Shown piece by piece: positions 10,615-18,440 of a stretch of DNA of 64,000 nucleotides. The stretch comes from Leidyana gryllorum EB-2025a (Eukaryota; Protista; Apicomplexa), in NCBI GenBank assembly GCA_048772705.1, contig JBLWGC010000230.1, forward strand, positions 620,001 through 684,000. Reading direction: 5' to 3'. A program made the translations under genes and the position numbers. Numbering within the stretch: the first letter of the stretch is position 1; every line of letters starts with the position of its first letter. The notes beneath the pieces are model-generated. The model was not told the DNA's origin and did no database searches. It worked only from the letters and a program-made list of their open reading frames with translations.

Positions 10615-12177
10615 ATGAGAGCTCCGTATTTTGGTCACAAGCCATACACCTCAGCTTCGCGGCTGAGGTTGACTCAAAGCATCGCGGGAGTCCTCTTCAC
10701 CCATGAGTCTCTAAGTGCTGCCGACCTGATCAGTCCTCAGGTTGTACAGGCGGTGAGAGAGCGGTGTGTGAAGTCGCCGTCTAGTTGGCCAGTGCTTCCA
10801 CCAGCCACTTGGCGAGACCATCCTGCTTTACACGGTCGGGTCCATGTCACCTTGGCAACCGAGCCGTTGTCTCGTTGTACCATTGAAACCGACCCGATGT
10901 TGCACACCGAACCCCACAAGGTCCGCTTTGAAGGGCCCCAGAGATTCTTTTGTCCCCTTAATGTGGATATTCTCGGCCTGGAAGAGCCAGGTGCCCAACA
11001 TCCGGAGGCTTACGCTCGAGGCGCGTTGGCCACGAGTGACGATGGGTGGAGAGTACAGTTGTGGTGTAACACATCACAAGTGAACCAGGAGACATATTCG
11101 ATCTCGTGGGACACTTGGTGGCGTGGATTTGACAGGTTGATCCCCGCCGTCAGTTACTTTTTGAAGAATGCACCACAGAAGTGGGGGTTCTCAAAGTCGG
11201 CCGTCATTGAGGCACGCACTTTAGACGCGTTCCAAAATGTACAAATTACTGTCAGACAGGAAGAGACGACGGAGGAGAGGACTCGAACATTTGCTGTTTG
11301 TTTCGGAGGTGTGGAGAGTTTGGGGTCGCTTCAGTATCCGCAAGAAATCCAGCTGTTGGCAACACATTCGAAGGTCATCGACGCAAACTCCTCTTCTGCT
11401 CCAGGCGGATCGTCGACGGCATCTGTGCCGAGTAGCGAAGCCCCAGAGAACGAGTCAACGAGCCCTCCTGTGGCTAGAAGGGTCGAGAACGGGGCGGATG
11501 GAGGGGCTCTACACTCGTCTACGAGGTCGAATCCAATGATCGAAGAGATGGAACGCAAATGGCCGGAACTGCACTCCCTCTTAACGGCTGTGGGTGCTTT
11601 CGATCAGCAATCCGGGGCCGACATTATGCAGACGGGGTACACTGTACGGAACATGAGACAAGTGGACAACAAGTTTCGCTTGGTTCACAACAACAGAGGT
11701 GAAATGATACTGTTGTTGGGCCCCGACAAAGCTTCGGTCGATGTCGTCATTGCATTACAGCGCATCGGCAATGTTAACTATCTCACCGGTTTGCCCGTCT
11801 CCGATGGGAAATGGTGTTGGGAGCTGAACCCGTTCCCCGAGTACTTTCGGCAAAACACAGAAGTGTCTCCGAAGAGCGCTGTATGGTGGGAAGAGCGACA
11901 GATGGACCGAAGCGAACCCAAACGCTATCACTGTGTGATGGTGGAAAGCGAAGAGGTGATCAAAAGTGTCGTCGCGACCGAGTTGAGAGTGAATGGTGCA
12001 TCGTACTTTCCCCCTGAATTCCAATTCGAGCTGAAGACTTGGGCTCCAGGAATGGAGTTGGCCGATGTCATTACTCGTCTCAATCCGACGCCCCAGCGGC
12101 CTCCGAGAGTCAGAGGCCCGTTGTGGGAGGAATTACAGCAGCTGCGGTTGCTGCATGGGGCCAAGCCGACAGAGTGA
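10615..12177 (+). CDS. Uncharacterised family protein, paralog 3 (520 aa)
   Basis: Collinear motif matches along its whole length to 5049-6686. Confidence 0.8.
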   Translation: MRAPYFGHKPYTSASRLRLTQSIAGVLFTHESLSAADLISPQVVQAVRERCVKSPSSWPVLPPATWRDHPALHGRVHVTLATEPLSRCTIETDPMLHTEPHKVRFEGPQRFFCPLNVDILGLEEPGAQHPEAYARGALATSDDGWRVQLWCNTSQVNQETYSISWDTWWRGFDRLIPAVSYFLKNAPQKWGFSKSAVIEARTLDAFQNVQITVRQEETTEERTRTFAVCFGGVESLGSLQYPQEIQLLATHSKVIDANSSSAPGGSSTASVPSSEAPENESTSPPVARRVENGADGGALHSSTRSNPMIEEMERKWPELHSLLTAVGAFDQQSGADIMQTGYTVRNMRQVDNKFRLVHNNRGEMILLLGPDKASVDVVIALQRIGNVNYLTGLPVSDGKWCWELNPFPEYFRQNTEVSPKSAVWWEERQMDRSEPKRYHCVMVESEEVIKSVVATELRVNGASYFPPEFQFELKTWAPGMELADVITRLNPTPQRPPRVRGPLWEELQQLRLLHGAKPTE

Positions 12178-12998
12178 GATTCCTAAATGAATATTTGATG
12201 GACTTGAGTGAATGGGAATGGAGCACAGTCCCAATGCCAACAGTGTGCGGGCCGAATTGGGGGGCCCCGGAGGTCTGTCTGGAGTGGTCGTCTCCCGATG
12301 CACCCTGCCGTCCTGAGAATCGGCGGCTGTCGACGGGTCTGCGACGGCTCCTGAAAGCCAACGGGTGGTTGCGGGACTCTTGCGTGCACACTGCCAGAAG
12401 CGCTGTGGACGTTGTGAAAGTGAGGGGGGTTGACAGAGTGGTGCAGCTCAAGGGGCATCCGTTCTCGGGTATTGAGGCCTTTGGCATCTGTAGGGGAAGA
12501 AGTGAGGGTCCGCAGCCGGAGCGAAGGATGCTGACGGTCCAAAATGTGGATGGAGTTGAGTATCTCAGAGTCATTGACCCTAACGACGCATCTCAGTGGT
12601 TCCTGCACCCAGACGATCCCCTCGTACGCCACTTCAGTGGGAGAAGAGGAGAATACAAAACTGTTCTGTATTGGAAGGAGCCAGTGGGCGCAGAAGGGGA
12701 AGGATCTCGAGATCACCACGAGTTCCACGCAATCGCCCAGACCACCGGCTGGCAAATGGAGTATTACAAAGCGGTTCGGGACTCACATTTTGATTCCTGG
12801 CGGGTATTACAATGGCCTTCTCAGTTGAGAGGGGAGAGTGTCGCACAAGTGCTGGCCGAAGCACAAGCTGAGCCACAACGATTCACAGAAGTCCGCACGC
12901 ATCCGGGCGAACGCTCCGTTTCTCGCTCACACGCTGAGGAAGACATGGAGTGGCCATCATCATCACACGTGGACCGCCGCACACGCCCAGATAGTCAT

Positions 12999-13177
12999 TG
13001 AGCCGTGTGAATGGCTCACGTTAACCTCCGAGGCTGCGGGGGTTCCTATAGGCTTACTCAACATAGGCGTGTCGCTCATTAGTTATCAACTAGCTCTGAT
13101 CTATTTACAAAAGACTAAAAGGATGTCGGCGACATAACATTGCCTTCGCGTTTTGCCTCACTGCGCCTGACCGCTCA
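12999..13177 (-). repeat. 3' LTR of copy 1
   Basis: 179 bp with TGAGC...GCTCA termini, adjacent to the PPT. Confidence 0.97.
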
Positions 13178-13179
13178 GC

Positions 13180-13188
13180 TCCCCTCCC
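13180..13188 (-). promoter_or_regulatory. Polypurine tract, copy 1
   Basis: GGGAGGGGA on the minus strand, 2 nt before the 3' LTR. Confidence 0.85.
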
Positions 13189-13198
13189 GCCGCGTCCC

Positions 13199-16100
13199 TC
13201 AATCGATTACCACTCTAGAGGGCGCGCGGCGCTTCTTAGCGGGCGGGCCGTCCGCCGTGGGTCGTAGCGGATCTTCCACCCGCGCTCGCCCCTGCAAGAC
13301 GACATCCTCCACAGTAACGTCCTTGGGCCAGCCCCGATTCAAAGGCCTCTCTCGTAGCCACTGCCCTTCGTTCTTCTCCACGTGGTCGACGGTAAGTTGG
13401 AAGAGTGACCCGGGGATAGCAGCGGGCAGTGGGGTAAGCTTCCGGAGCGCTACTGTACGCAGCTCCTCGGCCCGGCCCAGGTGCGCCACTGTGGCACTAC
13501 CGTCCCGGACTCGCACCACGCGACACGGCAGGGAGTGGCGGAAGCTAGACGACGTGGGGCCGTGGAGATCTGCTTGCAGCATAGCGTCTCGGGCTTCCTT
13601 GGACGCCTCGGTCAGGACCCAGTCACCTACTGTTATCGCCTTGGCGGGTTGCGCCTCCAGCGCCCGCGTTCGCTGCGCCAGCACCCACCCTACGTACCCT
13701 TGCAACCGGTGGGCGCGCTGTTGCGCGACTCTAGCCTCGTTGTTGTCTTGTCGCAGCGCCTGCCAACCGGCGATCGCCGGCTCGAACCCCATCAACATGT
13801 AGAACGGCGACCGCGCCGTAGCTACATGGGGCGTGGCGTTATAGGCCATCACTAGCGACGCGACCAGAGTCTCCAGCGGCTCCGCGGTGCCCTCGGCTAC
13901 CAGAGCGTCAACGCCCCGCTTGAGAAACTCGTGCGAGGCCTCGTTGATCCCGTTGCCTTGCGGGTAATGAGCCGTGGTGAAGTAGTGGGTACACCCCATT
14001 TCGATGTCCACAAGCTCGCGAAAGGCAGCCCCCTGGAACACCGATCCTCTGTCGGTAAGTATCGCGGTAGGGACCTGGAAGGTATAGAGCCACTTCTCCC
14101 GGAGGGCCTTGGCCACGCTCTTGGCCGTTGGGGGCTCCCACAGTACCTCCACTACCATGAATCGCGAGTAATGATCCACGATCACCACCCACCAGTAAGC
14201 TTCCCCTTTCCATCGTCTCGGCCCGACGAGGTCGATACTGACTATCTCGCACGGCCACGGCTTAGTCAACATGCCCACGAGGGCCCGCTTCGTCGGCTTA
14301 CGGAGTCGCTGACACACGATGCACGCCCTGACATACTCTGCGGCCTGCTCGGACATCCCTGGCCAGTAGACCCACTGCCGCATAAGCCTCAGCATCCGGT
14401 TTACCGCCACGTGCATCCCGGCCTTCCCGCAGTGGAACCAGTATAAGAGGGTCTCTCGCCAGTCTGGTGGAATCCACAGCTTCGTACTCCCTATTTTGTA
14501 ATACAGGCCTTCCGGCCCTTTTCTTATCAGATTCTCCTCTCCCGGAGGGATCGATTTAGACGCCTCTCGTAACTGAGGGATCGACGGGAGCAACGGGGGT
14601 GGCCAGATCTGCGCGACTGCCTCAGCCTCGAAGAGCGGCACGCAATACTCTTCCATATCTATCCCGCCTTCGTCATCTGCTGGGTGCCGCGACAAGTAAT
14701 CGGCCACGACGTTGTCCTCCCCTTCTAGGTAGATGAACTCCAAGTCGTACTGCTGTAAGAACAGCGACCAGCGCAGGAACTTGCCATCCTGCATCGCGTT
14801 GAAATACTTCAGCGCGGCATGGTCCGTAATTACGAAGGTCTTGCGGGTGCGGATGTAGTCGTGGAACTTCTTTACAGCCCACACCACTGCGAATGCTTCC
14901 TGTTCCGACGTGCTCCACCTGGTCTCCGCGTCAGTCAACTTCTTACTAGCATATTCCAGGGTCACCAGCGTCCCCTCCTGGGCTTGCATCAGCACCGCCC
15001 CGACCCCTTTCTTACAGGCATCCGTGTTAATCACGAACAGCCCAGGGCCCTTAGGATAGGCCAGTAAGGCCGCTTCGGCGATTCCCTTCTTAACTAGCGC
15101 GAACGCTCGTTGCTGCTCGGGACCCCACTCGAAGGGGTGACTCTGCTTGGTGAGAGACGTCAGTGGCTCCGCGATCGTGCTGTAATCCTGCACGAACTTT
15201 CTCAAGTAGCTACTCATCCCCAAGAACTCCCGTAGCTCTCTCAAATTCGTGGGTGCAGGTGCGTTTACGATCCCCTGCACCTTCTTCGGACTCGGCCTGA
15301 TGCCTTCCCGACTTACTCTAAACCCTAGCATGTTGACCTCTCGCCTGTACAGCTCCGTCTTCTTGAGCTTGAAGAAGAACCCTGCTTCCCTCGCCGCCGC
15401 CAGTACCTCTCGCAGCGTCGCGTCGTGTTCCTCCTTCGTGTCACCCCAAATGGTGATATCGTCAATGTACCTCGTCGCGCAACGGACGGAACCGAAGGCT
15501 AGATCTAACGCGCGTTGACACTCGCTCGGAGAATTACGCACTCCGAACGGGAGCACCGTGTACTCGTAAGTGCCAGCGTGGGTGATCATCGCGGTGTACG
15601 GCATACTCCCCTCCTCTAGCCTTACGTTCCAGAAACCGTTGGCGCAATCTAGAGCCGAGTACCACTCGTGCCCGGCTGCCAATTGGCACAGGTCCCACAC
15701 GTGAGGCAGGGGGTACGCGTCCGGTACCATCTGCGCGTTGAGAGGGCGGTAATCTACTACAATCCGCCACTCCCCAGTCTTCTTCTTTACAAATAAGGGG
15801 CTTGCACCCCACGGGCTCTTACTCGGCCTGATTACACCAGCCTTGAGCATACTCTGGAGTTGCTTATCCAACTCCTCCTTCAACTCCGCGGTCAGCGGTC
15901 TCAACCTTGCCCTATACGGCTTCCCGTAAACCTCGAAGCTGGCGGTGCTGACCTTAACTCGCCCCGGCACCGGGTCCAGCCAGGCATCTTTATACTCCCA
16001 CCAGATGTCCCACAGCTCAGAGACCCTCTCCGGACTCAAGTGACTCGTGATCGCATGAAACGTAGCTCGAGCCTCGGCTTTCTTTTCTTCGTCGGTAGCC

Positions 16101-17830
16101 CCTATCTCGTAGCCTGTAACGACGTCTTTAGCCGCATTGGCTCGCTTCTCTTCCTCCGTAAGCTCAACCATCAGCGCCTCGACCCTCCTAGGCAGTAACT
16201 GGCCCTCGAGAGGGTCCAGCAACAGCCCGCTGGTCTTCAACGCGTCCATACCTACTAGTAACTGGTCATGATGCGTCTCGACTACCCAAAACGATTGCTC
16301 AAAGCCAACCCCTCCAATCTCCAACTTTACAGGTTCGAGCTTCCGGCCCCTCGCGGTACCCAGCCCGGCGAAGTTTACCGTATCACCGGTAGCCCTTAAC
16401 CCGAACTTCTTACGCAACGAAGGCCCGCAGACACTGAAAGCCGCTCCTGTGTCGACTATCGCCTCGAACTCTACTCCGTTGATCTTTACGGGCATCCGGA
16501 AAGCCTTTCCGAACCCGTTCGGCGAGCAGCGATACACCTCTCTCTCGCCAAGGTAATCTTTGAGCAGGCGGCAGGTCTCCTCGAGGACTCCTTCATCGTC
16601 GGTCTCGCTCGACGAGTCCTCGGCCTCGCACACCTTGGCGTCCGCTTTCTCCTCTTCCGCTGCTTTCTTCTTGGCGGCCTCCTTGAGCTCTCGGTAATGC
16701 TTCGCTTTACGCTCTCTAACTTTCGCTGCTCGACTTCGCAAGATCTCCAACAGCTCTTCCGCGCTTACGATCTTCTCTTCGGCTGAATACGGCTCCTTAG
16801 ACTGAAGCACGTGACCTGCCCGGGTCTCCATTACACGAAGCTTGATCCTCTGCGACTTCGGATCGCGCTTTACTAGCGCCCTACACGTGGTCGCGGCGTG
16901 ACCTTTCTTGTCGCAATGCTCGCACTTTTTCTCCTTGTACTCGCAGTCCTTCGAGTGGTGACCCTTCAACCCACACCTGAAGCAGGGAGGCTTCTCCACC
17001 TCCTTCTTGGGGGTATCGGCCGGCGCCTTGGGCGGCTCCGCCGTTTTCTCTTCCATCGACTCATCAGTCGCCGGAGGCTCTGCCGTAAACAGCGGGACAC
17101 CCGTCCGCGCTCTCTTCTTAGCACACTCAGCTTCGGCGAACTCAGCCCCGTCCATTAAGGCCGTGAGCGAGTCGAGGTTGGGCATATAGCTTAATCTCTC
17201 GAGCACATCGAGGGGTAAACTTCTCTTGAAGAGCATCCGCAACCTTCCCTCGGTGAGCAGGGAGTCGTGTTGGCGACGGTCTCTCACTCGGACGAATCTC
17301 CTGCAGACCGAACGCATCCACGCCACCGCATCCGGCACTGTCCCCGCTCTCTTTCCCGCAGCGATCTCTAACTCGAGCTCCTCTACGTAGTCGGAGTGGC
17401 GGAAGTGTCTCTTCGCCACTCTCTCGACCATCTCCTCGTACTGGAGTCCCGCCGGTAGGCTACGGAGGGTTGCCGCTACATTCGGCGTTGCCACCAGAGC
17501 CCAGGCATCTCTGAAGAGTTCGGAGCAGAGTCCGAATCTCTTGATTTGCGCCGCCGCTGCGTCGACCCAGTCTTCGAACGCTCTCTCGTTGGGCGGGTCG
17601 AATGGAGCGAGGTTGAGGAAGTTGAGGAACTTGGCTCTCCGATTGAGCTGTTCCACCACGTCGTCCTCATGTGGTTCTCGGGGGAACCTCTCGTCGTTAG
17701 CTAGGAACTCCAACAGCACAGCCTCGTGGTTCCCAGAACAGCCCCCAGCTGAGCCGTGTGAATGGCTCACGTTAACCTCCGAGGCTGCGGGGGTTCCTAT
17801 AGGCTTACTCAACATAGGCGTGTCGCTCAT
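13199..17830 (-). CDS. Gag-Pol polyprotein (1543 aa), copy 1
   Basis: Two CCHC knuckles (CFRCGLKGHHSKDC, CEHCDKKGHAATTC), protease IVDTGA, RT LPFG and YIDD, RNase H NTDAC, integrase H-x6-H...CIVC and D,D,E (SIDLVG, LTDRG, NGINE). The RT-RH-IN order is that of Ty3/Gypsy. Confidence 0.98.
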   Translation of the reverse strand: MSDTPMLSKPIGTPAASEVNVSHSHGSAGGCSGNHEAVLLEFLANDERFPREPHEDDVVEQLNRRAKFLNFLNLAPFDPPNERAFEDWVDAAAAQIKRFGLCSELFRDAWALVATPNVAATLRSLPAGLQYEEMVERVAKRHFRHSDYVEELELEIAAGKRAGTVPDAVAWMRSVCRRFVRVRDRRQHDSLLTEGRLRMLFKRSLPLDVLERLSYMPNLDSLTALMDGAEFAEAECAKKRARTGVPLFTAEPPATDESMEEKTAEPPKAPADTPKKEVEKPPCFRCGLKGHHSKDCEYKEKKCEHCDKKGHAATTCRALVKRDPKSQRIKLRVMETRAGHVLQSKEPYSAEEKIVSAEELLEILRSRAAKVRERKAKHYRELKEAAKKKAAEEEKADAKVCEAEDSSSETDDEGVLEETCRLLKDYLGEREVYRCSPNGFGKAFRMPVKINGVEFEAIVDTGAAFSVCGPSLRKKFGLRATGDTVNFAGLGTARGRKLEPVKLEIGGVGFEQSFWVVETHHDQLLVGMDALKTSGLLLDPLEGQLLPRRVEALMVELTEEEKRANAAKDVVTGYEIGATDEEKKAEARATFHAITSHLSPERVSELWDIWWEYKDAWLDPVPGRVKVSTASFEVYGKPYRARLRPLTAELKEELDKQLQSMLKAGVIRPSKSPWGASPLFVKKKTGEWRIVVDYRPLNAQMVPDAYPLPHVWDLCQLAAGHEWYSALDCANGFWNVRLEEGSMPYTAMITHAGTYEYTVLPFGVRNSPSECQRALDLAFGSVRCATRYIDDITIWGDTKEEHDATLREVLAAAREAGFFFKLKKTELYRREVNMLGFRVSREGIRPSPKKVQGIVNAPAPTNLRELREFLGMSSYLRKFVQDYSTIAEPLTSLTKQSHPFEWGPEQQRAFALVKKGIAEAALLAYPKGPGLFVINTDACKKGVGAVLMQAQEGTLVTLEYASKKLTDAETRWSTSEQEAFAVVWAVKKFHDYIRTRKTFVITDHAALKYFNAMQDGKFLRWSLFLQQYDLEFIYLEGEDNVVADYLSRHPADDEGGIDMEEYCVPLFEAEAVAQIWPPPLLPSIPQLREASKSIPPGEENLIRKGPEGLYYKIGSTKLWIPPDWRETLLYWFHCGKAGMHVAVNRMLRLMRQWVYWPGMSEQAAEYVRACIVCQRLRKPTKRALVGMLTKPWPCEIVSIDLVGPRRWKGEAYWWVVIVDHYSRFMVVEVLWEPPTAKSVAKALREKWLYTFQVPTAILTDRGSVFQGAAFRELVDIEMGCTHYFTTAHYPQGNGINEASHEFLKRGVDALVAEGTAEPLETLVASLVMAYNATPHVATARSPFYMLMGFEPAIAGWQALRQDNNEARVAQQRAHRLQGYVGWVLAQRTRALEAQPAKAITVGDWVLTEASKEARDAMLQADLHGPTSSSFRHSLPCRVVRVRDGSATVAHLGRAEELRTVALRKLTPLPAAIPGSLFQLTVDHVEKNEGQWLRERPLNRGWPKDVTVEDVVLQGRARVEDPLRPTADGPPAKKRRAPSRVVID
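17730..17747 (-). promoter_or_regulatory. Primer-binding site, tRNA-Pro type, copy 1
   Basis: TGGGGGCTGTTCTGGGAA lies 2 nt after the 5' LTR, is complementary to a tRNA 3' end ...UUCCCAGAACAGCCC-CCA, and resembles the canonical PBS-Pro TGGGGGCTCGTCCGGGAT. Confidence 0.8.
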
Positions 17831-17928
17831 TAGTTATCAACTAGCTCTGATCTATTTACAAAAGACTAAAAGGATGTCGGCGACATAACATTGCCTTCGC
17901 GTTTTGCCTCACTGCGCCTGACCGCTCA
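17750..17928 (-). repeat. 5' LTR of copy 1
   Basis: Identical to the other LTRs; contains the gag ATG at 17830. Confidence 0.97.
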
Positions 17929-18240
17929 GTCATTCAAGAGCGCCCGAGACGATGGTCGTTGAGAACGGGCGGTCATTACCACCATCACGCCGGCGACTTC
18001 TTCGTGAAAGAACGGACAGGCCTCGGATGCCCGTACGGACACCTCCACCACCACCACCACCAAGATGGGGGATCCTGACATCACGCCTGCGAGGCACACA
18101 CACCTCACGGCCCGACGGCGAGCAATTGAGGAGCCCTCGTCGTGAAACTGAGGGAGGCGGGTGGGTATCATTACCACGGCGATCACGCGACGCAATCCTC
18201 GCAAACATCCCGGGTGACGCGTGGCGAGCAGTTGTACAAG

Positions 18241-18419
18241 TGAGCCGTGTGAATGGCTCACGTTAACCTCCGAGGCTGCGGGGGTTCCTATAGGCTTACT
18301 CAACATAGGCGTGTCGCTCATTAGTTATCAACTAGCTCTGATCTATTTACAAAAGACTAAAAGGATGTCGGCGACATAACATTGCCTTCGCGTTTTGCCT
18401 CACTGCGCCTGACCGCTCA
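18241..18419 (-). repeat. 3' LTR of copy 2
   Basis: 179-bp LTR, with PPT at 18422-18430. Confidence 0.97.
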
Positions 18420-18440
18420 GCTCCCCTCCCGCCGCGTCCC

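Larger units (their letters stand above)
12999..17928 (-). mobile_element. Ty3/Gypsy LTR retrotransposon, complete copy 1 (4,930 bp), TSD GTCAT
   Basis: Identical 179-bp TG...CA LTRs; GTCAT at 12994-12998 and 17929-17933; PBS, PPT and an intact gag-PR-RT-RH-IN ORF. Confidence 0.98.

Noticed and set aside
12039-12197. Programmed frameshift or intron fusing paralog 3 to paralog 4
   Set aside because: The obvious GT-AG pairs I tested do not restore the frame and I saw no slippery site; a separate ATG at 12198 is simpler. Needs cDNA.
13199-13600. Chromodomain at the integrase C-terminus (chromovirus)
   Set aside because: No Y-L-V-K-W chromodomain pattern is visible; only a basic PPAKKRR NLS-like tail.
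13140-17888. Plus-strand and alternative-frame ORFs within the retrotransposons (for example 220 aa and 171 aa), possible env or accessory genes
   Set aside because: They overlap gag-pol in GC-rich sequence and have no recognisable motifs or transmembrane/env features.
17750-18419. LTR-spacer-LTR as a TRIM-like mini element or CRISPR-like repeat-spacer unit
   Set aside because: The spacer has no PBS or PPT and is bounded by the TSDs of the two flanking elements; it is host gene sequence.
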